Source: Eledone cirrhosa (lineage: Eukaryota). Taken from it: a DNA stretch of 64,000 nucleotides. The stretch covers positions 64,728,001 to 64,792,000 of the forward strand of contig OZ024741.1 in NCBI GenBank assembly GCA_964016885.1, read 5' to 3'. Below, piece by piece: positions 36,976 to 50,625 of the stretch. Both the position numbers and the translations under genes were made by a program. Every line of letters begins with the position of its first letter. The stretch's first letter is position 1. The notes beneath the pieces were generated by a model, which saw only the letters and a program-made list of their open reading frames with translations, searched no databases and had not been told where the DNA came from.

Positions 36976-37104
36976 CCTCAAAAGGATGAAAGACAAAGAT
37001 AATCTCAGTGGGATTTGAACTAAGATAGTACAGAAAGCTGAATAAATACTGAATGAATCCAATGTTCTGATGACTCTGCCAATTCACTCTGAGTGCTGAG
37101 AAGT

Positions 37105-37275
37105 TAGGGGCTCGCATCTCGCTTACATATGTTCCCACACTGTACTGAGTGATCAGATAGGCAGGGGGCCTACATCTCATATGTTCCCACACTGCTGAGT
37201 TATCCAACAGGTCAGGGACCTGCGTCTTGGTTGCACGTGTTCCTCCACTCTATGAAGTGCTCAGACAGGCTGGGT
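37105..37275. repeat. degenerate tandem repeat of about 55-60 bp
   Basis: GGG.C(C/T)..CATCT...ATGTTCC.ACACT..TGAGT three times; single related unit near 49509. Confidence 0.55.
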
Positions 37276-38468
37276 ATGTGTTTAAGAATATACAACACTT
37301 CAAATCAAAAATCAAATAAAGCTTCATTGATATTTTAAGGACTAATATTTTACTAACATTACTACTGCCCTAAAGACATACTAATGTCACAACAGCCCAT
37401 TCTTCTATCCCAATAAATAGGTAGATCTTATGCAGAGTCAAGATAAATCAAAAAGGTTGCCTGGAAGCATTAAAAGAATCTACTAGTTGCCATAAAATAG
37501 AGAGAGAGAGAGAAAGAGAGAAATGGTTGCATATGTAAAGCATATCTTAACTGCGTAAGTGACAAACAATAATATATGCATTAAAAGATTGCAGATTGAA
37601 ATTTTCTGTACATAGAAACTATACAAGACAAGCATGGTCTGATAGCATATGATAATAATAATCTGCATTATTTGAATTGTAAACTTTATTCTATTTACAT
37701 TTTCTAGGCAACTGCTGTGTTATTTAACTTCTGCCAAATAATTCTATATACATTTAATAAATGTTTTTATGTATATTTCTATATTACACAAATTCATTAA
37801 ATTATAAGTAGATGTAATTTGAAAAATGGAAAAAAAAAAAAAAAAAAAAAGACTCTCACAACGAATTGTTCTTGACTGGGGAAAACAAAAATAACGCAAT
37901 AAAATTATCTAAATATGAAGCCCTTGCATGAGCTAATGTATGTATATATATTTTTTTAATAACTAAAGTAGTAATACCGCTTTGAAGAAAAGGTCCACAA
38001 TACAGTGATTTGGTTATAGTAAGCTGGAAGTAGCTCAGCAAGAACAGCTATTTTTGCAGTAATTGATTAAAAGGCAACATGATATAGGAGGAGACAGTTG
38101 GGTTTTCTATACAGCTGTTGCTTAACAGAATATCACTATATATTGAAGCTGAATAAATTTACAGGAAAAATTGGATTACAAATCAATGAATCAAGATAAA
38201 AAAACCCCTAAAATTTTGACTAGATTTTTAGTTTATAAAGCAGACGTTAAACAATGATGATAATGATGATGCTAACAGGATCTGAAGCGTACAATTTACT
38301 ACTAATTCATCTCTGGGGATTCTGACAATATTGGTAAATAGCAACAACATATTTAAGCTGAATACGCTAGTAGTAGTCAATGAAAACATAAAATCTCTGG
38401 TATTTTGATTGTATACACAAAAATAGAGTCATGTCGATAATGATAATAACAATAATATATATATATTT

Positions 38469-39117
38469 ACTATTTTTTAAGTATATATTTAAATAAATAA
38501 AGCATCATTTATAATTTAGATATAATCTTTGAATTTGTGAAATTGCATTATTTATAATCTATATTGTCAATGTTAAAATCACATTTAAATCACAGAAAAT
38601 TGTTGACATGAAAGTCCATTTCTAAGCATGACATTTTTTTCATTATTCTGTCTGGGGTAAAAATTAACATTATTAGCCAGTATCGATAGAGGGTCGGACG
38701 CCATGCTTTCCAGCATAGTTACGTCCCTTTGCGGTATGAGTTCAAATCTCGCCCAGGTTAACTTTGCCTTTCATCCTTACGGGGTCGATAAAATAAAGTA
38801 CCAGTAATACACTGAGTAATTGCTGGCCTTGTGCCAAAAGTAGAAACAATTATTAACATTATATATATATATATACACATTATTAGCATTTTATATATAT
38901 ATACACACACACATTATTAGCATTATATATATATATGTTAATTATTACCCCAGACAGAATAATGAAAAAAATGTCCTGCTTAGAAATGGACTTTCATGTC
39001 AACAATTTTCTGTGATTTAAATGTGATTTTAACATTGACAATATAGATTATAAATAATGCAATTTCACAAATTATAAATGATGCTTTATTTATTTAAATA
39101 TTTACTTAAAAAATAGT
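38469..39117. repeat. long inverted repeat, arms 38469-38670 and 38935-39117
   Basis: About 180 bp reverse-complement match with a few mismatches and one insertion of about 19 bp in the left arm. Confidence 0.92.
38676..38853 (+). mobile_element. SINE family A with probable TSD ATTAACATTAT
   Basis: Reverse complement of 9005-9190; TSD copies at 38663-38673 and 38852-38862. Confidence 0.88.
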
Positions 39118-39312
39118 TGAAACAAAATTTCAAAAAGTTATAAATATAAGTGCAATTGATTAAAAAAACAAACAAAAAACAAAAACTGAAACTGAATTGT
39201 CCATAAAATTAATCTTTTACTTTGACTATCAAGTAACAAAAGTATACCTCTCGTTTAATATTCCTACCTGTCTGCTGTTGTGATATTTGCACCATGTCAC
39301 ATGAATTTCACT

Positions 39313-39507
39313 ATAACCCTTTAACATTTACATTACTCTATATATACTATTATTACCTCACATAATATCGAATCTATGAGATTTTGTTGTTATTTATTTT
39401 GAGAACAATACCTTAACATCAATGAGTGGCTAGTTACGGCCAGCTTGAAAAGAAAGAGAGGAGAGGATTCTGGCCGGATATGACCAGTTTAAATGCTAAA
39501 GAGTTAA
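39313..39507. mobile_element. piggyBac-like MITE, family 1, reverse orientation
   Basis: TAACCCTTTAACATTTA...TAAATGCTAAAGAG-TTAA. Confidence 0.65.
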
Positions 39508-40215
39508 AGTACTTTTATTGTATTGATAGCTATCGTTAAAATTAAAACTTAAGCTACAATAGTTCTTGCAGAATAAAATACTCATTCCATAATTATTCAG
39601 TTTGTAGTAATATGCAAACATATACTGGTATTATATATCTTAAACTACTTAAATTAATATACTAATCTGGGGGAATAATTTTTACAATGAAATCAAAATA
39701 TCGATATTTTGTATTTACTGCATCATCTGTCAAGTAATTGTAATAAGTAATCACTGAAAAGTATTTTAATAAAATGTTATATAAAGAAGTATGAAACCCT
39801 TAAAAATAATATAGGGGGCATTAAAATAAAAATAAAAAAAAGATATTCAGTTTAGATTGCAATGTTGAACACAGACTCACACACATATGGTGGAGTAATG
39901 CTGGAATACATAAAAAAAAAAAGAATATTTACACGTTCTGTTGCAGCAAAATGTAAATGTGATGACCAAAGTCAATATTAGAGTCTCTGAAAATTGTAGT
40001 ATTCTTTCAAGCTGAATAACTGCAAACTACTGTCAAGAATTTATTGTTATTATTGTTTGTTTTGTTAAGGAGACAACCAAGTTATAAGTGAATCAATCAA
40101 TCAATCAGCTCTTAAAATTAGAATAAAGCAGCAACAGACAGACTGGCAAATCAGTCAGGCTACCCAAGAGCAACAAATTGTGAATGGAAGAAAATCACAG
40201 GTGTCAAAATTGTCT

Positions 40216-41360
40216 AGTAGGGGTGAGAGAGAGGGAGAGAGTAGAGAGAGAGAGAGAAAGAGAGTAGAGAGAGAGAGAGAAAGAGAGTAGAGAGAAAGAG
40301 AGTAGAGAGTAGAGAGAAAGAGAGTAGAGAGAAAGAGAGTAGAGAGAAAGAGAGTAGAGAAGAAAGTAGAGAGAAAGAAAGTAGAGAGAAAGAAAGTAGA
40401 GGTCGAGAGAGAGAGATAGTAGAGAGAGAGAGTAGAGTAGAGGTAGAGTAGAGAGAGTAGAGAGAGTAGAGAGAGAGAGAGAGAGAGTAGAGAGAGTAGA
40501 GAGAGAGAGAGTAGAGAGAGACAGTAGAAAGAGAGAGAGAGTGAGAGAGATATATAGAGTAGAGAGAGATTGAGTAGAGAGAGAGAGAGAGATTGAGTAG
40601 AGAGAGAGAGAGAGAGATTGAGTAGAGAGAGAGAGAGAGAGAGAAAGTAGAGAGAGATAGAGAGATAGAGAGAGTGAGTAGTGAGAGAGTAGAGAGAGTC
40701 GAGAGAGAGAGAGTGAGTAGTGAGAGAGTCGAGAGAGAGAGAGAGTGAGTAGTGAGGTAGAGAGAGAGAGAGAGAGTAGAGTGAGAGAGTAGAGTGAGAG
40801 AGTAGAGAGAGAGAGTAGAGTGAGAGAGAGTAGAGTGAGAGAGAGTAGAGAGAGATAGAGAGATAGAGAGAGTGAGTAGTGAGAGAGTAGAGAGAGTCGA
40901 GAGAGAGAGAGTGAGTAGTGAGAGAGTCGAGAGAGAGAGAGAGTGAGTAGTGAGGTAGAGAGAGAGAGAGAGAGTAGAGTGAGAGAGTAGAGAGAGAGAG
41001 TAGAGTGAGAGAGAGTAGAGTGAGAGAGGAGTAGAGTGAGAGAGAGTAGAGTGAGAGAGAGTAGAGTGAGAGAGAGTAGTGAGAGAGAGTAGAGTGAGAG
41101 AGAGTAGAGTGAGAGAGAGTAGAGTGAGAGAGAGTAGAGTGAGAGAGAGTAGAGTGAGAGAGAGTAGAGTGAGAGAGAGAGTAGAGAGAGAGAGAGAGAG
41201 TAGAGAGGGAGAGAGAGTAGAGAGGGAGAGTAGAGAGGGAGAGAGAAAGAGAGAGAGTAGAGAGAGAGAGAGAGTAGAGAGAGATTGAGTAGAGAGAGAG
41301 GGAGAGAGTAGAGAGAGATTTAGTAGAGAGAGAGAGAGAAGAGAGAGAGAAGAGGGAGAG

Positions 41361-41395
<35 letters not shown>

Positions 41396-42346
41396 TGAGA
41401 GAGAGAGAGTGAGAGAGAGTCGAGAGTGAGAGAGTAGAGAGAGAGAGAGTAGAGAGAGAGAGAGTAGAGAGAGAGAGAGAGTAGAGAGAGAGAGAGAGTA
41501 GAGAGAGAGAGAGAGTCGAGAGAGAGTCGAGAGAGAGAGAGAGAGAGAGTCGAGAGAGAGAGAGAGAGAGAGTCGAGAGAGAGAGAGAGAGTCGAGAGAG
41601 AGAGAGAGTCGAGAGAGAGAGAGAGTCGAGAGAGAGAGAGAGTCGAGAGAGAGAGAGTCGAGAGAGAGAGAGAGTCGAGAGAGAGAGAGAGTCGAGAGAG
41701 AGAGAGTCGAGAGAGAGAGAGTCGAGAGAGAGAGAGAGTCGAGAGAGAGGGAGAGAGTCGAGAGAGAGGGAGAGGGAGAGAGTAGAGAGAGAGGGAGAGA
41801 GTAGAGAGAGAGAGGGAGAGAGTAGAGAGAGAGGGAGAGAGTAGAGAGAGAGAGGGAGAGAGAGAGTAGAGAGTGAGAGAGAGAGAGTAGAGAGTGAGAG
41901 AGAGAGTCGAGAGAGACGAGGGAGAGAGTAGAGAGAGAGAGTAGAGAGAGAGAGAGAGAGTAGAGAGTAGAGAGAGAGAGAGAGAGTAGAGAGTAGAGAG
42001 TAGAGAGAGAGAGAGAGTAGAGAGTAGAGAGAGGGAGAGAGAGTAGAGAGTAGAGAGAGGGAGAGAGAGTAGAGAGTAGAGAGAGGGAGAGAGAGTAGAG
42101 AGTAGAGAGAGGGAGAGAGAGTAGAGAGAGTAGAGAGAGTAGAGAGAGAGTAGAGAGAGAGAGAGAGAGTAGAGAGAGAGTAGAGAGATTGAGTAGAGAG
42201 ATTGAGTAGAGAGAGAGATTGAGTAGAGAGAGAGATTGAATAGAGAGAGAGATTGAGTAGAGAGAGATTGAGTAGAGAGAGATTGAGTAGAGAGAGATAA
42301 AGTAGCGAGAAACAGAGAGAGATAAAGTAGCGAGAAACAGAGAGAG

Positions 42347-42386
<40 letters not shown>

Positions 42387-43740
42387 GAGAGAGAGAGAGA
42401 GTAGAGAGTAGAGAGAGTAGAGAGGGAGAGAGTAGAGAGGGAGAGAGAGTAGAGAGAGAGTAGAGAGAGTAGAGAGAGAGAGAGACAGTAGAAAGAGAGA
42501 GAGAGTAGAGAGAGAGAGAGAGAGTAGAGAGAGAGAGAGACAGTAGAAAGAGAGAGAGAGTAGAGAGAGAGAGAGTAGAGAGGTAGAGAGTAGAGAGAGA
42601 GAGAGTAGAGAGGTAGAGAGTAGAGAGAGAGAGAGTAGAGAGGTAGAGAGTAGAGAGAGAGGGAGGGAGGGAGAGAGAGAGAGGGAGGGAGAGGGAGAGA
42701 GAGAGAGGTAGAGGTAGAGAGAGAGAGAGGTGTAGAGAGAGAGAGAGGTAGAGAGAGAGAGAGAGCAGAGGGAGAGTGAGAGAGAGCAGAGGGAGAGTGA
42801 GAGAGAGTAGAGGGAGAGTGAGAGAGAGTAGAGGGAGTGTGAGAGAGAGTAGAGGGAGTGTGAGAGAGAGTAGAGGGAGAGGAGAGAGAGTAGAGGGAGA
42901 GGAGAGAGAGTAGAGGGAGAGTGAGAGAGAGTAGAGGGAGAGTGAGAGAGAGTAGAGGGAGAGTGAGAGAGAGTAGAAGGAGAGTGAGGTAGATAGAGAG
43001 AGGTAGAAGGAAAGAGAGAGAGAGTAGAGAGGTAGGAGAGAGAGAGAGAGTGTAGAGAGAGAGAGTGTGTAGAGAGAGAGAGTGTGTGTAGAGAGAGAGA
43101 GAGAGAAAGAGTAGAGAGGGAGAGAGTAGAGAGAGAGTAAGAGAGAGATAGAGTAGAGGGAGAGTGAGAGAGAGATAGAGTAGAGGGAGAGTGAGAGAGA
43201 GATAGAGTAGAGGGAGAGTGAGAGAGATAGAGTAGAGGGAGAGTGAGAGAGAGAGATAGAGTAGAGAGAGAGAGATAGAGTAGAAGGAGAGTGAGAGAGT
43301 AGAGTAGAGAGGAGAGTGAGAGAGTAGAGTAGAGAGGAGAGTGAGAGAGTAGAGTAGAGAGGAGAGTGAGAGAGTAGAGTAGAGAGGAGAGTGAGAGAGT
43401 AGAGTAGAGAGAGAGGTAGATAGAGAGAGAGGTAGAGAGAGGGAGAAAGAGGGAGAGAGGGAGAGAGAGAGAGGTAGAGAGAGAGGTAGAGAGAGAGAGG
43501 TAGAGAGAGAGAGAGTGTGTGAGGAGAGAGAGGCAAAAGAAAGAGAGAGAAGAAATGTGAGGCAAAAGAAAGAGAGAGAAGAAATGTGAGGCAAAAGAAA
43601 GAGAGAGAGAGAAGAAATGTGAAAGAAAGAGAGAGAGAAGAAATGTGAGGGAAAGAGAGAGAGAAGAAATGTGAGGGAAAGAGAGAGAGAAGAAATGTGA
43701 GGGAAAGAGAGAAAAGAAGAGTAAGAAAGAGAAAAAGGAA
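40216..43740. repeat. 3.5 kb compound (GA)n-based polypurine tract
   Basis: Blocks of GAGTAGA, GAGTCGA, GATTGAGTA, GAGTGA and GAAATGTGAG variants on a (GA)n backbone. Confidence 0.97.
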
Positions 43741-43957
43741 ACTAATTTGATTCAAGATGATGCAAAATTAATAGTTAAAAATTAAGTAGAATATATAACG
43801 AGTTCTGAGAAAAATCAGAATTTAAATATCATCTAATGTTTAATCTGGAAATTAAGGGGGCTTAAAAACAGGTGTATATCAAATTATCGCATAACTGTAA
43901 TTACTTTAAAACTACATTACATACATGCACACACACATACACACTAAAATATCATAA

Positions 43958-44297
43958 GTTAGCTGTTGTGATGTTGCACTGATATTAGTAGCATGACTGC
44001 TGAGGTTGGAATAATGTAAGTAGCAAGAGTGTCATGTTAGCAGCCACGGCTGTTGTGATGTTAGCAGCATGTTTGTTGAGATCTTGTTAGCAGCAGGGCT
44101 GTTGTGCTGTGATGCTACATCACCAGGTTATCAACATGGCCGTTGTGATATTGCACCACCAGGTTAGCAACACAGCTGCTGCGATGTTAGCAACACAGTT
44201 GTTGTGATGCTGCACCACTAGGTTAGTAACACTGTTGTTGCGATGTTAGCAACACAACTGTTGTGAAATAGTTAGCAGCAGAGCTGATGTGATGCAG
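43958..44297. repeat. degenerate minisatellite, 22-35 bp unit
   Basis: GTTAGCA(A/G)CA..GCTGTTGTGATG(CTGCACCACCAG), roughly a dozen copies. Confidence 0.8.
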
Positions 44298-46002
44298 GAT
44301 ATATATCATCACTAAACTGGGATATAAACAATGATCATTTGTCATTGTGTTCACCATTATTAATGAGGATTTATTACAGCAAATGCACATTCAAACTGTC
44401 TGCAAAGGTCTGGTGATACCTAGAATGGAATATTGGTCCCAAATTTGAGACAGTATTACTGCTACACAGATTGGTAAACACCCCAACGCCCCAAAAATCA
44501 AGAACAATAACAAAAGGAAGGCCACCTGATTGATTGGTATGAAGTTACCTGCCAACACTCTCCAAACCTTAGCTCACAGAAGATGTCTTGTCTATTTTTT
44601 GTCCTTTCTATGGCTATTACAGCCTTTCTTTTCTCTCCTTGTGAGTGTAATTTTTTTTTTGTAGTTGTCAACTATTCAAGAGGAAAGTTAACTGTGTTGA
44701 TTGTTCTGGTCCCAGAGGGCCTGCATAGGGCCAAAGTTCAAAGCCCCTTCCACCAGACCAAACCAAGTTTTATGCATGGTAATAATTTGTCTGCACTGCA
44801 GTTTGCAGGGTTGACAACTATGTGATTGAGGTAGAGCCCTTTTTTGAAAAAAAGTGTTGGGCTTGTTCAGAGTGCTCAATTCCCTTCAATAATCTGAAAC
44901 ACTGGCACGATGATAGGAAGGAGAATAGCTACTTATGAGATACACAATATTTGTTGCCTCTGTTTCTTGTTTCAACTTTAGTTATATCCCTCACATGACC
45001 AATGTATACATTTCCTAATTGTCTGAATTCTTATGGAGCTCATTATTTTAAACCTTCCATTACCACAATTTTAATGAAAAACACTGCATATAATTTTCAA
45101 ATCATTTTGAAAATAATAAAATATTTGGAGGGATTTAATAATATAAATTTGTTATTATCTGGAGTTTTATGATGGAAGTTTTTTTTTTATAGATAAAAAC
45201 ATACCCTTTAAAATAAGCGGCTCAATATTGTAAAACCAGGGGCAGTTTCAGGTGGTTTGGTATTGAAAGAGTTCTGTAATTTGCTACTGTACTAATGCTG
45301 TATGAACTAGGGGAGAACACTTAGTTGTGTTAAGATTAAGCAACAAAAGTTGGTTGTCAACAATCTCGAGAAAGTATAAAACTGAATTATGACTGCATCA
45401 CATTAAAAATTAAAGTCTCTACTCTAATATAATAAATTTTCAAAACAATCTGTCCATTAGTAAGGATACTACAAACATTTGAATAAATAAACCTGTTTTT
45501 TGATATTTTCTGCAAAATCATTGCAAGATCTTATGAGTTAATATGATGGAAAACTAAATTCCTAATCAACAGGCATTCTGTATTTATAACCAGACTGCCA
45601 GATATAGTATGGATGCCATACTATAATTAGTAAATGGAATGTTTAGTCCCAGGTTAGGCCAGATGGAGTAGACATATGATCAAAAGTATGCTAGCAGTGA
45701 TAATATCTGCTTTTTTCTTCTCTTCAGACAATCTATCTAGGACTACATTATCCATTATCTCTTAAAAACAATTGAACAATTGTTCTAAAATGGTATCCCA
45801 CAGCACACTGGTATCCCAAAAGTTGTAGCAAGGTGTGCCATAAGAAAAAAAAATTATATATATATATACATATATATACCAACCAGTTTACACAATATAC
45901 TGGAAGATTTTTTTCATGGCACCATCACAATTACCTTATATATAAAAATATAAACACCAAAATATTTATGTTTCAAATAGCAACTAGTTCTTGTTTACAT
46001 TC

Positions 46003-47890
46003 AGTGTAGGGAAGGTAGCTGGACCATCTGGTATAGTTGCTGAGATGCTAAAAGCATCTGGCATGGTAGGATATGTGCTAGTTAGCCATATAGTTAATCA
46101 AATAAGTAGAGGAAGGGGTCATACCGAATGACTGGTGTAGCAGTATCATTGTAAATTGCTACAAGGGCAAAGAAGATGCACAAGAAAGAAGTAACTATAG
46201 AGGTATTTTGTTGATGGACCAAGTCATGAAATTTGCTGAAAGGGTTATATATATAGCACAATTAATAAGGACAGAATCAAGTTATATGAGATGCAGTTTG
46301 GATTTATGACATGCAGGAGTACTATTGATGTCGTCTTTCTGGTGAGACAACTAGAGGAGAAGTACTCAGCTAAAAGTAAACCATTGTATCTGACTTTTGT
46401 AGATATGGAGAAGACCTTTGACATGGTCTCACATTCTGTAATCAGGTGAGCACTTAAGAAGCTAGGTGTAGATGAATGGCTTATGAAGGCCATGTATAAA
46501 GGAGCAACCAGCAGGGTCAGGGTTAGAAACAAGTCCAGAGATGAATTTGAAGTGCAAGTATGGGTCCACTCCTGTTTATCATTGTTCTCCAGGCCCTTAC
46601 TGAGGAGTTTAACTGGCACTCAGTGGGAGCTCTTACATGCTGATGACTTAGTCCACATAGCTGAATCCATAGAGTTAAAGATAAAATTTCAAACATGGAA
46701 GAAGAACCTAGAATTGAACGGCCTAAAAGTAAAACTGAGCAAAGACAAAAGTGTTATAAGTAGGAAAGAGGACAAGAGGATGATACCACCAGAGAAATGA
46801 CCTAGTTTGATATGTCAGAAAGGGATGGGCAGAAATTCTGTAAGGTGCACAATGTAATTTATGGATGCACAAGAGATGTAGTGGGATTGCAGGAAGATTA
46901 ACAAAAAAGACAGACACACAGGAGAAGTAAGCACTAAGAACACATATGAAGTAGGTTCTTTCAGTTGCCAGAGAGGCTCCTTAGAATTTGTGAAAAGCTT
47001 TTGTTGCTTAGACAATCAAATTAGCAGAGGGGGATTAGAAAGTGTGATAGCAGGGATCAGAAAAGGCTGGGAGAAGTTTAGAGAGCTGATACTGCTACTG
47101 ACAACAAAGGACTTCTCTCTCAGAGTGAAGGGTAGACTGTATGATGCCTGTGTGCAAACTGCAATGCTACATGGCAGTGAAACATAGGTCTTAACTGCAC
47201 AAGACCTGTGAGGATGGAAAGAAATGAAGTGAGTATGCTCTGATGGATGTGTAATGTCAGTGTGCATGAACAACATAGCATAAGAGAACTGAGAGGAAAA
47301 CTTGGAAGACTGTGCTGATATGGACATGCGATGCATATGGAGGATAGCAGCTGCAATCCTAGTGGCTGGAACCCATGGAATATGTAGACTCAGAAACACT
47401 TGGGACAAGGCAGTGATGAGCGACTTTAAGAAACTGAGCTTCACAACTGAAATGACAAAGGATTGAGATGGCTGGTGCTATGCTGCAATGATGAAGATCC
47501 GACCACAAGTATACAATATGACCTGACTCATCCATGTACCCCTTCCACTAGCACTCCTCACCACTACTGCACCCACCACCCATACCCCCTCCAGAACCAT
47601 TCCTTAGCTACTCCTCATTCTAAAGCCCTGAGGTATCCTTACCATTGCACTCTAGTAGCTAATCTTTCTACCACTTGTGCATCCCTCCACTACTACCCCT
47701 TACCCATCTCTCCATTATGCTTCCCTCACCACAACATCCCTCCCCATACACTAATCTTCCACCCCTACTTCTTACTCATTGCTCTGTCAAATTACCACAT
47801 ACACCTATAACTTCATACCTATATCCATCCTCTATTTCTAACCCATGCTAGCGTGGAAGATGGACGTTAAACGATGATGATGATGATGAT
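46003..47890 (+). mobile_element. decayed RTE-clade LINE (PHD-finger family): RT, C-rich 3' UTR, (GAT)n tail
   Basis: GKVAGP, NYRGI, WELLHADDL, WMHKRCSG, KGRLYDACVQTAMLHGSET. Confidence 0.88.
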
Positions 47891-47929
47891 TTCCCCACTC
47901 CCCAGAGTATAGAGGGCTCTTCAGTTGGG

Positions 47930-48350
47930 TATATGACCAACAATCTCTCTAGTTGGCAGTGCACCTGGTACACTCTGTAATGATCGTTGGTGACAGGAGG
48001 GTACCCCACTGTAGAAACCATGCCTATGAGGGTGGAGGACCCTTCAGTCGTGTCAAAGACACAACAACTTCTTTAGTGTTGGTAATCGACACGAGAAATG
48101 CACTCAGAACACACAGTATAGTTGTGGATGATAGGAAGGGTATCCAGCCATAGAAAGCTTGCCAAACAAAGGGTTAGGAGGACTCTTTAGTTGTGTCAAG
48201 GACATGACAACCTCCCTAGTGCTGGTTATCTATACAATAAAAGCACCCAGTACACGCTGTTAAGTGGTTAGTGATAGGAAGGGCATCTAGAAAGCTTGTT
48301 AAACAAGGGGTTGGGAGGACCCTTCAGTTTGTGTCAAAAGATACAACTTC
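47930..48350 (+). repeat. tandem degenerate copies of the SINE/RTE 3' domain
   Basis: Three units of about 140 bp containing GATAGGAAGGG(C/T)ATC and CCTTCAGT.GTGTCAA. Confidence 0.6.
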
Positions 48351-49386
48351 TGTGCACTCGATAGAATGTATGACTATATGTAAGTGAGATGCAATGTTAG
48401 TTAATGTATTGTTCTCAAAATAAATAATATCAAAATCTTATAGATTCGATATTCGATATTGTGTGAGATAAAGCCTTTACCGTGAAAATATAATAGTAAA
48501 TGCTAAAGGGTTAAAATTCATCAAGTTGATGAAATAAGCACCAGTATTACTCTAGCGTTATGGTCAACTAATTTGACCACACCCATCTTACAAATATTGT
48601 ACAAGTAAGAAATAAATAAGGATTATAAAGAAAAGACATAACCCTTTTGATATCAAACTGCTGGAAACTAGTGTTGGTTCTATGATACAAAACTACTTAT
48701 TACTTCCAATATATAAGAATATAAAAGAAATACGCAATATAAAAGGAATAGAAAAAAAAAGAAGAAAAAATAATCAGTTTACTATAAAAAAAACAACAAC
48801 CAAACAATAGTTTCCTTGCTAGTTAGCTTGTTTACATATTTACTTATATATACATTCTATGATTAGTTATTGTGTAGTAAACTTACAACTAGCCAGAAAG
48901 TAATGAGATTGTGTTTATCAAGGCAGAAATACGCTATAGCAGACATCCTAGTAACTTTACCTACCAAAATCTACCTTTATGTTACTGATGTGAGAACATC
49001 TTAAATTGCTTCTTACCAAATCTATGAATAGCTTATCACTATTTTGACAATGGAGGTAACCTAGAATTTGTGTTTTATGTGTGTTTACAAGCAATGAATT
49101 GGAGAAAATATGTAAGAATTATGTACTTTTACAGAACATTTGTTTCAAACCTATAGCTATAATTGTATAGCATGATTTAAAATAGAAAATAAAAGTTAAC
49201 AGCAGTGCCCTAGCATGGCCTTCGCCTGTTAAAGGTAAAAGACGAGAGAAAACAAATATTTCAATTTTTAATAGTTTAATGTACTTCCTTCTTTTATCCC
49301 TCAACAAAATATTTTAAAACAATCAATTCTAATGAAAACTATTTTCTCATAAAACAAATACACAAAGATTATCAACTAATTTCCCC

Positions 49387-49425
<39 letters not shown>

Positions 49426-50161
49426 TATATCATCATCATTTTTAACATGTTTTCCCTGCTATCAAGGGTTAGGTAAGTTGTCACAACATCAAATTAGTAC
49501 TTAATCAGGAGCCTACATCTTGCTTACATATATTCCCACACTCCACAGAAGGAAGCCAGGAACCCAGCCTCTGCAACACCCACTCACCATAGGACCCCTT
49601 TCAATCATGTTTATATCTAAATTTATATTTATATTTTTATCCTTACTTTCATGTGCAACCCCTAAAAGCAATTTTGTTCTCACGATACAATACACAGGTA
49701 CACACACACACACACACTACAAGACAAAATATTAATTCTATATTCACTCCTAACTCTTTTTCAGTTTCACAAACTGACCTTTCAACATAATTGAGCGCCA
49801 CCTTCATACACCTCTCCCACATACATTAAAAATGCCATCTGGACGATTATTATGAATAGTAAGAACATTTTCTATTTTCAACCAAGTGAATCCTGACCTG
49901 TTGAACCCCACCCCACCTCCACATCTTCATAAAAAATATATATAAGAAGAAATTTTGACAGAAAACTCACAAATATTTGAACTGCTAACAGAATACATGA
50001 AAAAACATTTTTTTTTAAATATTCAATATGTTGATAAGATTGTTATACCAATCAAAACTGGTTATATTTAATGCAACAATTATAAAATTATTCACTCTGT
50101 TGGATTAAAGAAATAAATAATCTTTGAATATACTTCTGCGCATTTTCACTTTCACTTTTTT

Positions 50162-50262
<101 letters not shown>

Positions 50263-50295
50263 GAAAACAGAAATAAGAAAGCAAACACCCCCATC

Positions 50296-50625
50296 TCTTC
50301 AGTCATGAATGACTATGGCTTTTTACACATAAAAGGTTCCTCTCCAAGTCACAAACCTGGATAAGGTGTATTTGTGGAAGACCAGCAGTCGCCCATGCAT
50401 GCCAGCCTTCCCTCTCCACACCACCGATGTTGTCCAAAGGAAAGGCAATGGCCGATACAGCTTGACAGAAGTGACGTCACAATACATTTCTACAGTTGAA
50501 TCAATTTGAACAATGTGAAATAAAGTGTTTTGCTCAAGAACACAATGCACCGACCAGTCCAGGATTTGAACTTACAACCTTATGATTGTGACAAACGCTC
50601 TAACCACTAAGCTACGCGCCTTCAC
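50296..50625 (-). mobile_element. SINE family B (CORE-like)
   Basis: Colinear with 7007-7326. Confidence 0.8.

Noticed and set aside
40155-43755. Three long Ser/Leu-rich ORFs (1136, 1126 and 811 aa) on the minus strand
   Set aside because: All three frames are open because the pyrimidine strand of the GA tract cannot form stop codons; no coding signal.
43958-44297. Repeat array with variable spacing, superficially CRISPR-like
   Set aside because: Degenerate units without unique spacers, eukaryotic context, no cas genes; ordinary minisatellite.
49017-49060. Possible 44-nt minus-strand exon (tAG...GTAAGA) encoding YLHCQNSDKLFIDL
   Set aside because: The open reading ends in phase 0, incompatible with the phase-1 acceptor at 15948; the phase-1 reading has a stop.
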